DNA from: Eledone cirrhosa
Taxonomy: Eukaryota
DNA: 64,000 bases
Direction of reading: 5' to 3'
NCBI GenBank assembly: GCA_964016885.1
Contig: OZ024742.1
Span: 55,180,001 to 55,244,000, forward strand
The notes beneath the pieces were generated by a model. It was not told the origin of the DNA, searched no databases, and saw nothing but the letters and a program-made list of their open reading frames with translations. Positions 15,252 to 30,419 of the stretch are shown here, piece after piece (within the stretch, counting starts at the first letter, position 1; the number at the start of each line of letters is the position of its first letter). The position numbers were made by a program, and so were the translations under genes.

Positions 15252-16399
15252 TATACATATATATATATGTATGTGTGAGTGTGTGTGCGTGTGTGTGTGT
15301 ATAACGCTTGATATAGTAGGGAAATGTCTTTACATTTCGAACACTATTCCTTTATGAGAAGATCGAATGAGATGTATTAGATGAAATAGAGAGTAAAAGG
15401 AAGGAACAGAAATAAATTATTTGGAGAAAAAACGCGTGCGTGTTTGTATGTGTGTATGTGTGTGTACGTGTGTGCGTGTGTGTGTATTTGTGTGTGTATG
15501 TGTATTTGGGTGTGTGTGTGCGTGTGTGTATATGTGTGTGTGTGTGAGTGTGTGTGTGTGTGGGGGGGGGGGGTGCATGTCCTATTCACAGAAAGTGTAC
15601 ATATACATATATTTGCTTTTATCTGTAAGCAACGTATAGAAAATAGCATTGATCTGAGAGGTTTAGACGGACAGACATATGAATAAATAGACATAATATT
15701 GTGAGTTTACTAGAAATACGAGATCGATATTTACAAAATGAGACGATTGGGCGTGATTCATATTATATAATTAATTATCTATATCATTATACAACACAGC
15801 AATTCATTCATTAGTATGTATGTTGGGTTATCCAATGAAAACATCGCAGCCGCCTTAGGCTCGTTGCAATCTTAAACAGCAACAGCGTCGGTTGGTGTCG
15901 AAGTTGTGTACGTCCTTCACAACAGACAATGAACACGAAGTGTTGTGCTTCAAGCCATTATGATTTCATCCGCAGAAAGTCTCAGTAGGAACAGTCCAAG
16001 TGTCCAAAGTTAAGATATAGGAGAAATTTGTAGTTAAGCTAGAAATTGACCAGATGAGCCAAAAATATATTCTATCTACTATGTGTATCTATGAGTGTGT
16101 GTGTGTGTGTATGTGTCTGTATATTGTATGTCTCTGTGTGTGTATGTGTGTCTATGTCTGTGTGTGTCTGTATGTGTCTTTGTATGTCTGTGTCTGTGTA
16201 AAATATATTATATCTAAACATCAGATTAATTTGTAATGAGAAATCACCATACACGCCAGCTATCAGGAATGCGCCTGAGAGGTGCATATTGCGAGGTAGT
16301 GAGAATAATTTGCTGAGGTACACGAGGTGTATCAGAAAGCGAGAGATTACCTATCGGAGGTTTAGATCACCAGAACAATTAGAGCGCTCAAATATGGCA

Positions 16400-16990
16400 G
16401 GATATCTGGGGAGAAAGAAATTCACCCCGAGATTTTAAAAGAGATAAATAAAGCGTTGCATCGTCTGTCTCGTGTATGCCGGGTGGACTCCTGAAATATA
16501 CTTAAGCAATATAAAATCGCGAGTAATGATCCCAATAATCAAAAAGCGGGACGAGAAAAAGTGATCCAATTTTAGTGGGACATTCTTCTTAAGTTTCCAC
16601 GATTATCTCTATGATAAGAGTCTGACAGAAGGATGTGGGTGTATTGTTGATTCCAAGCTAGCTGAGTAACATTTTGGTTTTCAGCATTTACACATCAGAA
16701 TAAAGGAGGTAAGTTTAAAAGCCAAACTCTCTTTCTTCTGCTGGGTATTCGTGCCAACCCTTACCTATGGTCATGGATAATGACCGAAAAAATTCAATCG
16801 AAGGAACTTTGATTTATCGTTACTCGATTGCGTGCATGGCTCGGAGATCAGGCTCTCGTTCCAGATAATGCTGCTATGCCTCTGAATTGAAAGATAACAG
16901 CTTCGATACTATGGACATTCATTCAGAATGCATAAGGAAAGAATTGTTGGACTAAATGTGTTGATAACATTCATGGGCTCGGCTGATGTT
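16400..16990 (+). mobile_element. Degraded RTE-like LINE fragment
   Basis: Remnants VFVPTLTYGH and QLRYYGH...RM..ER; followed by (GAA)n. Confidence 0.6.
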
Positions 16991-17035
16991 TTGAGAAGAA
17001 GAAGAAGAAGAAGAAGAAGAAGAAGAAGAAGAAGA

Positions 17036-17176
17036 TTCTCCACCCCAAATAATGATTTGAACATTAACTTTATTAATACTCCTGATGAGGCGATGAGTAG
17101 TTAATTGAGTAATCGGAATTATCGATTATCGACTACGCCTCGTTACTGAAACATTTGTAGAAAAATAAAAAATAAA
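17036..17176 (+). mobile_element. Hammerhead mini-element between (GAA)n and (TTC)n
   Basis: TC-CTGATGA(17082)-GGCGATGAG...CTCGTTACT-GAAAC ATTT GTA-GA; flanked by (GAA)n 16995-17035 and (TTC)n 17177-17249. Confidence 0.75.
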
Positions 17177-17335
17177 TCTTCTTCTTCTTCTTCTTCTTCT
17201 TCTTCTTCTTCTTCTTCTTCTTCTTCTTCTTCTTCTTCTTCTTCTTCTTTATGTTCATACAGTGAACAAAGGCGCTACCCAAGGTTTCAATGTACAAATA
17301 TGACCATACCTCCAGAAACAATAGGCATCAATATA

Positions 17336-17450
<115 letters not shown>

Positions 17451-18134
17451 AGAGAGAGAGAAATAAATATAGAGGAAAAGAGAGGGATGTGTTTAGGTTT
17501 GTTAGCTCTCAGTAGTAGAATCTGCTCGACGGTGAAAATATAATATTTTTTTTATATTAATCCTTTACTTCTCTTGTGCTACAGTATTGGAGTGAGGGCG
17601 GTTACATGCACTTTAACATATTAATTAAAAACTTGTTTCTCTATTTCAAACTAGTATTATTACTAAATTTATATTTGAAATATGTACACAACTAAAAAAC
17701 ATCATTAGATGAGAGAAGGAAGCATATACAATCATTTACTTCACAACAAAGACAATTAAACCCACTCTCCTATAACTTTTGATCGTTTTCCTCCACAATG
17801 ATATAATATTCATGTTGTTAATTGAATTTTGAATAATTTAATCACATAGATATATAACAACATAGATGGTCCACTATAATTTAATATTTTATTCAAACAA
17901 GTTATTTCAACATTCATGCATATAGCACCCATATACATAGCCTTGATCACTTATACTAGTATTTATGTGTGTGTATGGGTTCTTACTTTATCATTGCAAT
18001 TGATCTAAGAAAGTTTACGTTAATTAATCAAATTATATAGATGTAAATTTGTATCAAGCGCCGCCTTCTTGATCTAGAAAGCTGATTTTTTGTAAATTTG
18101 CAGAACCCAATTATGTATTCCCATCTTATTATGT

Positions 18135-19015
<881 letters not shown>

Positions 19016-19859
19016 TATTCATGTATATGTGTGTGTCCGCATGTATCTGTGTGTTTCTCTATATATTGTATATATATATATATATTTTGTGTGTATTTAA
19101 AACTGTGATTCTCCTCTTATATCTATATACTTACAACTGTATTTAAATTTAAATTAATTGGTGACCGAACTGAATTGCAAGAATGAATCAATATTACCAA
19201 CGCAACCTTTTCATCTTTCATGCGCTGAAATATAATCTTAATTATATGTCGATAACCGAGGGTCACATTTCAAGGTTTTAGTGTTTCGAGCTTGAGGATA
19301 ATCACCAAGAAATTCTCAGTTCTATGTTGATGCCTCATTAAAGGGAAAATCAATAATTGTTTCTACTTTAGGCACAAGGCCAGTATTTCAGCTATTGGGA
19401 AGCATATCCGTCACATTAAGAAACTACATATCGTTTCCATATACATCTCTTCATTTGAATTTGAAATTATTAATTGTTGATTTCCACTGACAAGCGTGTG
19501 TATTTTATAGAAATATTGAAAGACTGTAGCGATTTATTCACACTGTTTGCAATATTATAATCGAAATGTGTAAACAGACGTTACAAATACATGCACTAAA
19601 TAAATTATAGTCCAAAATATATTAGGGTTAAACTACTATTGCCCTGAGATTTGTAGATATTGAGCTTTAATAGAAATTGTTTTGGAATTTTAGGTAAAAT
19701 CTATGGGTCACTCAGCAAATAGTATTTCGACACGACGGCGTCGATAGCACATGAACATTGCATTTTATATTACTGCTTTAGTATTTAATGTATTTGGTGG
19801 ATGGGCAGTATTGATAGATGGTCGAACACCATGCTTTGCAGCATAGAACTATGGACCTT

Positions 19860-19960
19860 TACGTTCTGAGTTAAAATCCTGCCGAGTTTAACTTTGCCTT
19901 TCATCCGTTCGGCGTCGATAAAAAGTGTACCAGTAATGCACTGGAACAAGTGCTGGCCTT
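19860..19960 (+). mobile_element. SINE core fragment
   Basis: GAGTTAAAATCCTGCCGAGTTTAACTTTGCCTTTCATCCGTTCGGCGTCGATAAAA..TACCAGT; same family as 5270-5415. Confidence 0.65.
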
Positions 19961-20904
19961 GTGCGAAAAGTAGAAATAATTATTTAATGTATTTTCTTGA
20001 GGATTTTTTAAATGTTTATACTCGTAAATGTATCAATGTTTCCAGAAAGCTTCAGTTGTACAAATCGAAATATCAGCAAAAAAAGGAATCTTTTATTCGA
20101 TTCACTAGACACTACAGGAAAATCTCATTCAAACATATATATTGTAAAATGAAAAGATAAATTGGAGTGGTGCTAGAATGAAATAGATGGATGACATCAT
20201 TTAAATGTCTATGCAATTATGTGAAACGCTGGTTGATACCTCTATTTGATCAATGAAATCTAACGTAATTAAATAAGAAAATCAATAGATACACACACAC
20301 ATATATATACCGGAAAGGTTACGCCTCTTATTGTTGCCATTTTACAGCATTGCTTTTTAATACCTCATGTGAATTGCTTCACATGCTACATAACTTAAGT
20401 ACACTTCCAAAGTCGAAGAATATATCCACAAGTTCGATACAAATGTGATAGTGCCAACCAAGAATCTGAGCACCAAAGTACGTCTCATTATGCGATTTTA
20501 TTGCAGGTTTTAACTCACCAGTCTTACCCGAAAACTTAGTCTTCTTTTGAAATGTGACATAGCCTCTTGAAATAACTTTTAACTATTGCTTAAAATCACT
20601 TTCATTACATTTACTGAATTTATTTCTTACATATTTGTGCATTTAGACATGCTAGTTCTCATTTGGAATGGTGTTATTTGTCGATAATATCCATACGTTT
20701 CTTGTGTGTAATCACTTTACGCTGTTCTAAATTGACTGGAGGAATGATCTGATTAAAATTCCTGATACATAAAACAGGAACAATGGTCTTACTTTGTTGA
20801 AATATCTGACACGAATAAATTCTAATACCAAATGCCAGGTAAACATCACAATTAAGATACTACAGGTTATCATTACACACAAAACAAACGCTTCACTGTT
20901 TAAA

Positions 20905-22460
20905 TTAAATCTGAACCGGGACAAGTCGATCGGTCTGCAACTCGGCACGTGGAGGGGCAGATCGATGCCCTCCGATGGCGTCGACGGGCGCTGAACGGAG
21001 GGCCCGGTGAAGTTGCTCGGGGTCTGGTTCGGACCAGACCTCCAGGTGGAGAAGAACTGGGGTGAGGTAACGAACAGGGTGTTTGCACTGACCCAGAAGT
21101 GGGCCGAGTGCAAACTGTCCCGGAAAGGTCGGGCGGAGGTGGCGAACACTTATGTAGCGTCCGTCATCTACTACCGCCTGACCGTTGTGCCTTGCCCAGG
21201 GGAAACGCTCGCCAAAATGGAGCGCGCACTCTTCCAATTCCTTTGGAAGAAGCGGGCTCCTATGGTGAGGAGATCCATCTGCTGTCAACACCCTTCGAAA
21301 GGAGGGCTGGGGATGCCGTGGCTAATGATACGTAAACACGCATTAAGGCTACGGCACCTTCAGTTATTCCTCTCCGGTCAACCGGTGTGGGTCCCGTTTG
21401 TGAGGCGAGCCTTTCCCAGACTCGTCTCACTCACCGAGCTGCAATCCTGGGTCAAGCAAAGACCGAGAAAACTGGGCGCCTGGCAAACCGAGTGTGCCCA
21501 GGCGCTCACGGCTCTCTGGCAGGCGGACCCGGCTGTCAGTGGAGAATCCACCTCGTCATTCTATAGAGGGCTGGTGGTTAGCAGGTGCGACGACGCCCTC
21601 GGAGAAGCCCTAGGCATGGAGGAAGACGAACTGGCCAACCTGTTCGGTAGAACATTCAGCCCGGGACCCATGGATAACTTCCAGAGGTACCTGGCCTGGC
21701 AATGCTACAGAAGGGCTCTGCCCGTTCGAGAAAGGCTCTACAGACACGGGCGCCCGGGTAGGGACCCATCGAAAAAGATCTGTCCCAGATGCGTGTGCGA
21801 CGAGGAAACCGTTGCACACGCATTGGTACACTGCTCGGGCATTGCTGATCTGTGGGGCTATGTCGAACAACTGCTGTCAAGGGTGGGACCGATCCGGTTA
21901 ACCACTGAGTCTATTGTAACGATCAAGCCGCCTCCCCTCTTCAAAAACGAAGAAGAGGCGGTGTTTCTGTGCGTAATAGCCATGGCGAAAGAGGTTGTAT
22001 GGTGGGCACGTTTGAAAGGACTGAGGTCAGACACCTTTCTCTCTGGCCAACAACTGGTCCGTTTCTTCCGATATAATTTCGGAAGAAGGATCAGGATGGA
22101 GAGAGAGGTGCTGCACCCCAGTCGTTTTTATGAAAGATGGGTGAAAGTGGCGAGAATGGCCCGTGTGAATGGGCCTTCACTCTACATCAGACTATAGGTG
22201 AGGAAGTTGAAAGACCAAGGGAGCACCCCTTCTCTGTGCTCCTGAGGAGAAGATTTGCACACTTTTTTCCAGGAGTGTGTGCGACCCCCCAAGGCGCCTC
22301 CTCTCTATTGAGGACTTTGTTATAAATTTTATTTTTTGTTATATTTTATTTTATTTTTATATATTGTTATTGCCTCCTCCTTATTGAAGACGCCTTGTTT
22401 TGTAAACTGCCCCCATTGTACTTGTCCCACTTTTGATGCCCTGGTGGCAAATAAAAGAAA
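20905..22460 (+). mobile_element. 5'-truncated Tx1/L1-clade LINE (RT C-terminus, CCHC knuckle, 3' UTR)
   Basis: ORF 21007-22197: KLLGVWF, LSRKGR, GGLGMP, CPRC..EETVAHALVHC; in-frame TGA near 20992; GC-rich island; AATAAA + A-rich end at ~22450. Confidence 0.9.
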
Positions 22461-23242
22461 CATAAAAATGAAAATAATGATGTTTGATTTCAATAGTTAA
22501 TTGAATCTTCCAATGAGTTTTCTTCTGCAATATACCTATTACTTTGTAAAGAGATGTGACGAAATATTATTTTAAAACAAATTATTGCACACTATATTCG
22601 AATACCGGAAAAGAGGTGTACGACATTTGATATAACAATTTTGGATATATGTGTATAATTTGGAAACTGGCCATTCACCAGATCTGCAAAACAGCAGAAA
22701 CACAATTTACTCTCGGTTATTATCTATTATACATCTAGATAAATTGCGTGTAATATTGAGTGCTAATAGAAAAAGTAGGCAGTTCCTTATCGATAATGTA
22801 AACCTCAGCACTAATTAATCCAAAGTCAGTGTGAAAACATTGATTATATTATATCTAAAACACCATTATCTTAAAATAATGTGTCCTTGTTGATATTCTG
22901 ACTTATCTTCCGTTGTTGTTTGTTGTTGAGTAAACAAAATGTTTTAATCGTTGTGAGATAATAATTAATTATTCATTATTCTATGTATGAAAGGCCTTTC
23001 ATTTTTCAGATTAACTATTACTAAGTATGCAGTAGTATTTTTATTGTTCTAATGTACGAAATTCAACGTGATTGGCTGTTTATTAGTTCGAATGCCATTA
23101 TTTGAAGTAGCATATCACAACCGTTTGATATGGTTTAGCGTACAAGTACTTAGTGAAAAGTTTATTCACAGGATGATAATATGTATGTGCATATGTATGT
23201 ATTTGTGTGTGCTGGGTGCTTGCCAGTATATTTACACACACA

Positions 23243-23339
<97 letters not shown>

Positions 23340-23389
23340 ACACACACACATACTCACCCTCACACTCACATACAAATACACACATATAC

Positions 23390-23424
<35 letters not shown>

Positions 23425-24384
23425 TCATAGTTGCATGCACATATACATGTATACTTGCATGGAGACACACGCTTGCATACATGCATATATGCTTACATGC
23501 ATGAATAATCACCTTTCCTTTCCCTAGGGTCAAAGATTACAAGAAGGGTCTTTTTATATTGTACATCAATTATTTTCTATTATGTATCGAACAAGTGTTG
23601 CTGCCGATTATGTCAGTAACAGGCATCTTATATCGTACCACATTATACCAACGAGTAAACCAATAACTAGCTCTACGGAACAGTGTGCTTATTGCAATTG
23701 CCAATGCGTCACAAAAACATGCAAGCCTTTTGATGATTAGTATTAGAGGCAAACCCATTAATACAAAAAATAATCCGTACCATATGTTGATATGGGAATA
23801 AATGTAGTATATATATACTGTTATGGATTGTTCATGGTTTGACTCATATTGATTATCGGGATTAATAATAACTAATTTAATGATTAGGAATGGCACACGG
23901 CGCATGAATGCAAATTATAGGCACACTTAAACACACATACACATACACCACTCATGCATTCATACAAGCAAACAAACAAGCATATATATATAGATGATGG
24001 CAATACACTAGACTTGGACATCGTTTCGGAATTACGTGATTCCGAGTTCAATCGCACAGATTATATTGTCGTTTATTTGTTTCATAACCTCGGCTTCCTG
24101 CCAGATTTGGGAGAGGAATATGTAAATCCTATGACGGTGTCATTCGTTAAAAATACAAGGTTTTGCAATAATCAGGTAATTGGTAGGTACAATATTGAGT
24201 AGGTATTACAACCTCCAACGCTTTCTTTTGTGGTTTTGGTTATGTCAGGGTTGTAGCCGTACTCACCATGCTTGGCCAATTGCGGGTTGGTTAGGCTATT
24301 ACCCATAGCTGGGTAAGCACATTTCCACAGCCGAGTGAACATAAACAACGTGTTCAAGAACACAACGCAAAGCCCGTTCAGAAA

Positions 24385-24557
<173 letters not shown>

Positions 24558-25289
24558 GTTAAACGGAATCAAAATCTGCCGCTATTCCCAGCGAAACAGA
24601 TTATGTCTGCAGTGTGATTGTCATTTCACCCATCATCCGAGGACTGTCGCACAAATAAAAATAAATATAGAAATCCTAACCAATATAAACCTCAGAATTA
24701 CAGTCACTTACAGTTCCCTAAACATGAAACCTATTTTTTAGCCATAATGAATCTGGCAAAAGAACTACAAAAAAAAAAACACATTCTATCCATCACGCAG
24801 CACCAGCCTCCACGACTACCTCACTTCACAAACTCCCATTGCTGCCATTAACAAACAAACCCCCCAAAAGAGTTAAAATCAACCACCACTCTACCATCAA
24901 CATATGTGCTTAATGCTAAAGGCATTGGGTTGATGACCATCCTAACCACAAGTGGAGGGGATTGGAATGGGTTACGGTGAAGACGAAGAAAGGATTCTTC
25001 GTCTTCACCGTAACCCATCCCAATCCCCTCCACTTGGAAGCCGAGGTGAAAAGGAAGAATTTCAAAGCTCTCTGTGCAGCTTGCACTGGTAAAAGAAAGG
25101 GTAGGACTGACATTTTTGCACATGATTCTTTTTCGACAGGGACTAAGAACATATTTTCCAGTGGGTACTGTGAAGCAGTCGCTGTGTACAATAAAACCAA
25201 CAACTCTATAGGCCACACCAAACGCCTCTACCATGCTTCAAGGAATGCCTCAACAAGATAATGTGTTTCATCTAATAGTGTCACCCTGG

Positions 25290-26423
25290 AATCATCTTAA
25301 AGATGGGGGATTTTAATATCCCCGGTGTTGAATGGTTCACAAACAGCTTGATACCAGGCTTTTCAACCTCAGCCCCTCACAAAGGAGCAGTAGAATCGCT
25401 TTTTCACTTCATGGATGAGTTTTTTCCTATCCCAACTAGTTCTCGAACCAACAAGGTGTCACAAAAACGTATTGGACCTTTTATGTTCAGTAACCACACT
25501 GACACTATCCACAATATTGCAGTGGAAAAAAGCCTACCCCCTGACCATGACATGGTTTTCTGTGATCTGAGATTCCACCGTCCAAAAAGGAAACCCAAAT
25601 AGAATAACACTTATCAGAAAATTAAAAGATTTTTTTTAAATATCAACCAACTGAAATAGTGCCAGCAGCAACAAACAAATTGACTGCTATTGATTAACGA
25701 GAATCGAAAAAAACATAACCTCCAAAACAGCACGATGACCGTCATCAACAATCAAAGAACAGCTGAAGAGGCCTGGGCCATTGAGAAAATCAAACTCAAT
25801 CCCAAAGTGTTCTTTTCATTTGCCAAAAAACAAAGTCACAGACTCCACTCTTGACCCTCTAATTGATGAAAATGGCACTCTCCAAGATAAAGCTAAAACC
25901 ATGGGGGAGATACTACAGAAATAATACTGCAATATTTTCAACAATGCTGATCTGGGCTGTATCAGTGATATTAATCCTCAACACACTACATCGGACATAA
26001 CGTTTGGCGCCCCTGACGTCTTAGCGGCAATAAGATAAACTAAACTAAATTCAGCAGTAGGCCCCGATAGGTTCCCTGCTTTTGACCTGAAGGTTTGTCG
26101 ACACCAACTTGCATCTGCTCTGGTTAATTTTTGGAGGAACTCACTGGATGCTGAATATATACCAGAAAACTTACTGTCCCAGTTTTCAAAAACGGAAACA
26201 ATCCCTTGTCCTAAATTACTATCCGATCTCAGTCACCTCTCATATCATCAAAGTATTTGAGAAGGTGGTGAGATCAGGAATAACTCACTTTCTTGAAAGG
26301 AACAATGTGCAGAACTCCAACCAACATGGGTTTCGTAATGGAAAGGATTTAACACAGCTACTGCATCACTCTGATAACATTTTGAGAGCTTTGGAGGAGG
26401 GCTCCAACAAAGATGTCAATTGA
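25290..26423 (+). mobile_element. Degraded CR1/Jockey-group LINE (APE endonuclease end to RT start)
   Basis: MGDFNIP, DHDMV, SAVGPDRFP, YPISVTSHIIKVFEK, NQHGFR motifs across frameshifts. Confidence 0.8.
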
Positions 26424-26451
26424 AAGTCTCTGCAGTGGATCAAGTGTTGTG

Positions 26452-26531
<80 letters not shown>

Positions 26532-27187
26532 TGTGTATTTGTGCATGGGACAATGAAAAAAAGACAGAATTTGTGTGTAGGTAGTTAGTTCAGTGCTTAT
26601 ATATATACATATATATATAAATATGAGAAAAATGGAGAGCTGCGTGGTTGCACATGGGTTACATATGAATAAAATTAGTCCTTCATCAGTGATCTCCCAA
26701 CTTTCATTGGTATTTCATCGCTTTAAAAATCATATACCTCTAGTTGGTGCGAGCAATAACTCAATAAAGTTATTGGGACAAGTAAAATAGGGTGAAACGC
26801 GCGAGACATGTAAACAAACAACGATGGTATTGCAACGGAAAGCTAGGAAGAAACAAGAACATAATATCTGTAAGCTTAAGCTTGGTGAATTCATGGACGA
26901 GAGATACAGACCATCCGACATGGGTGAGATGTGAGCGAGAAAAGGATTTCACACAGGTCAAACGGGAGGAAGTGAGAAAGGGGGAGAAGCATAGAGTGAG
27001 TGAGTGTAAATGTGAGGAAGAGACCAGCCGAGAGAGAGTGTGACTGGTAGAGGGGGTAAAAAGAAGGTGAGAGATACAGAGAGAGGGGAAGCAGTAAGAA
27101 AGAAACAGACAATCGCAGCTGAGGAAAAATATAAATATGAGAAAAATGGAGTGCTGCGTGGTTGCACAAGGGTTACATATATATATA

Positions 27188-27533
27188 CAGTTGTCCCCCG
27201 ATATTCGCGGGGATTACATTCCTTGAGCAACCGCGAAATGGGAAAAAAACCGCGAATATTGGATAGGGTCCATAAAAATGTCTAAAAACCTCAACACATA
27301 ACGTAAAATATAGGCTGGCAAATACGGTATATTGTTATTAATAATTTAGCGTTAAAAAGCGTGAAAAAATGTATATTGTCACGAAAAAAGCCATAAAAAA
27401 CATCGCGCAAGATATTTACAATCCTGCGAATGTGCAGTAGTTTCTACGAACACTTATTCATTAGGTTCTAAAGAATCTTACGCGAATAACCGGGACTGCG
27501 ATTTTCGGGGCCGCGAATGCCAGGGGTACACTG
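27188..27533. mobile_element. Tc1/pogo-type MITE
   Basis: Imperfect 23 bp TIRs CAGTTGTCCCCCGATATTCGCGG / CCGCGAATGCCAGGGGTACACTG, TA on both sides, internal CGCGAATA repeats. Confidence 0.75.
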
Positions 27534-27859
27534 TATATGCATTTTAGCTCCGGCATAGGAGTATATATACATGTACGTGTATTTCGTTTGTCTAATGATA
27601 TACGGTATGTTTAATAAATATACATTTTGAAAGCCATCCAGCCATGAATATTGATAGGTTGACGGTTGGCGCCGTCTATAGCGGATTCCAGCAGGAGCAG
27701 CTGGGAATTACTGTCAAGGTACATTTTAGACTATGGCCATCATCAGGACGGTGTTTCACCTGCTTTCTATATAGTTATTAGCGCCTATATAGAAGAACTG
27801 AGTAGCCTCGTTTGCGTATAGAACTGTGTAAGCTTTAGATCCGACATAGCTGTATACAT

Positions 27860-27976
<117 letters not shown>

Positions 27977-28340
27977 TGTGCGTGTGTCTGTGCGTGTGTG
28001 TATTTATGTTTGTGTATGAAAATGAAAACTGCGTATGTGTAGAAAAAACATACAAAGCAAGTGGGTTACATGTCGGAATGAAGCGAGAGATATGAGGTAG
28101 GAAGCAAAAACTAGCAAGCTTTCACTCATACAATCTTCTTTTTCCTTTAGTAATTTTAATCCACTTACATTGAACTGCTTGCTTTCTGAACATACACACC
28201 TTTCTCTCACGCGCGCGCGCGCACACACGCACACACGTATATATATAAATATATATATGTGTGTACGTGTGTGTGTGTGTGTTAGTATGAGTGTGTGTTT
28301 GTGTTTGAGTGCTCGTCTGTATGGTGAACGTGCATGGTTG

Positions 28341-28383
<43 letters not shown>

Positions 28384-29194
28384 CATTATCTATAAAAGGC
28401 TGATTTTTGTGTCTGTATGTATGTTTCAATTTTATACATTTACACAATTCCAAAAATATTGAATGAATAATTAAGCAGAATGTTTACAAATATTCTAACT
28501 TGGGTCATGGGCGAACTTATTGGTTTAAAAATTGCCACAATTACGGAAAAATCGATTTATTTCAACAATCGATGATTTCTCCTATCTCATATGATATACG
28601 TTTCCTATATCTACTCCCTTCATCACCTCCCTTAAAATTGCTACCTTCTCTTATAAGTGTTTGTGAAAAAGAGAAACATTGAAAAAAAACATATACACAC
28701 ATATATGTAGGTGCATACACACACATATATGTTGGTATGGTTGCGATTGACGTCATAGAAACAGGAACGCGGGAATTTCAATCAATCAACGCATACACAG
28801 TTTATTTTAAAAATAACAATAGCATATAATGATAAAGAGGGATATAATGATAAAGAGGAAGAGAGAGAAACAAACAGACACACTAAAAGACGGATATATG
28901 TGTGTGTGTTTGTATTAGCGCGTTCAAACTCCATTTCGAAGCTGACTTTCATTTACTAAACTGTAAGTTTTTCAATCGGCCTTACACTTTCAAACTATAT
29001 TTTTCTGTATAAGTAACTTTAACCCTTTATTTTCGACATAAAAATACACACATACATACAAAGACCTGTAAAGTATTTTTTGGGCCTTTCTTATCAATCT
29101 TTTTACATTCAATTATCAGCCTTATACTTTCAAAGTCAATTTTTATGTTGAAGTAACTTTCAACCTTTAATACATACATACATACATACATACG

Positions 29195-29226
<32 letters not shown>

Positions 29227-29647
29227 CACACATACATACCTGTCACTTAATTTACACACAGATCGGCCTTACACTTTCATACACACATACATACAAATAC
29301 CTGTCACTTAATTTACACACACATCGGCCTTACACTTTCAAACTAAATTTGTATGTAGAAGTAACTTTAACCCTTTCTTTTCAACATAAAAATACACACA
29401 TACATACAAATACCTGTAAATTTGTTTTTAGGGCCTTTCTTATCAATCTTTTTACATTCAATTATCAGCCTTATACTTTCAAAGTCAATTTTTATGTTGG
29501 AGTAACTTTCACCCTTTATTTGTCGATACGCATTTACTTACTAACATTTGTATCACAACAACAATAACAATATTCATAAACAGACAGTAGACTTTCAAAG
29601 TCAATTTTTCTGTAGAAGTAACTCTCACCCTTTCTTTTGGACATAAA

Positions 29648-30390
29648 ATGCCACCTAAAAAGAGAAGTCGCCTCAGTCGACATACCGCGTCAGCAGTGGC
29701 GCAAAAGGCTACTATAGCAAACGAGTCCTCTGAGGAAAATGATTCAAGACTTTCACAGACAGCCTTACGTTCAGCAGAATGTCGAGCCGCTGAAAGTTTC
29801 CAACAGCGCACCGCACGCCTAGCCAAATTGGCTTCATACCAGGCTTCTTCCAGGGCTTCAGAGAGCCGTGAACAAAGGTCGACGCGCCTGGCTAGAAACG
29901 ATGCGACTAATACTGCTTCCAGGTCTTTGGAACGTTTAAAACAACGGACGGCTCACCTTCCTACGAACGCTGCGGCTATGACTACTTCCATGGCTTCTGA
30001 AGATGCAGACGGGCGGTCCATTAGCATTGCAAATGTTGCTTCTGCTATTGCTGCCAGACCTTCCCACCAACCACACGACCAATGTTCTACGTTCAAGCGT
30101 AACAGTCGACGGCGAGAAGCTGCACGCGGTGTGACGAGCCCCAACAGCCCTTACTGGCACCTACGGGTTTTCAAGTATGAGCAAAACGTTAGTTACTCGA
30201 TGCGCTCTGACATAAATATAGGCGAGATGCGCTTCAATTGCCAATTCTGCAATGCTACAAAGTGGGCTACGGAGCCACCTGCAATGTGCTGCTTAAACGG
30301 TAAGGTCACCTTGCCCCCTCTTACGGAACCGCCAGAGCCTTTGAAGGAATTACTGACTGGTTATACCTCAAGGTCAAAAACAAAAAAAAC
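29648..30390 (+). pseudogene. Helitron RepHel N-terminus (helical repeats + Zn finger)
   Basis: MPPKKRSRL, R..RLA repeats, IGEM..CQFCNATKW..EP..MCCLNGKVTLPPL..PPEPLKELL. Confidence 0.85.
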
Positions 30391-30419
30391 CTTATCCCCC
30401 CCCCCCCCCCCCCCCAATA

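Noticed and set aside
20992-20994. In-frame TGA in LINE fragments (also 55204-55206) as selenocysteine or recoding
   Set aside because: Simple TGG/TGC-to-TGA decay in truncated copies is sufficient; no SECIS identified
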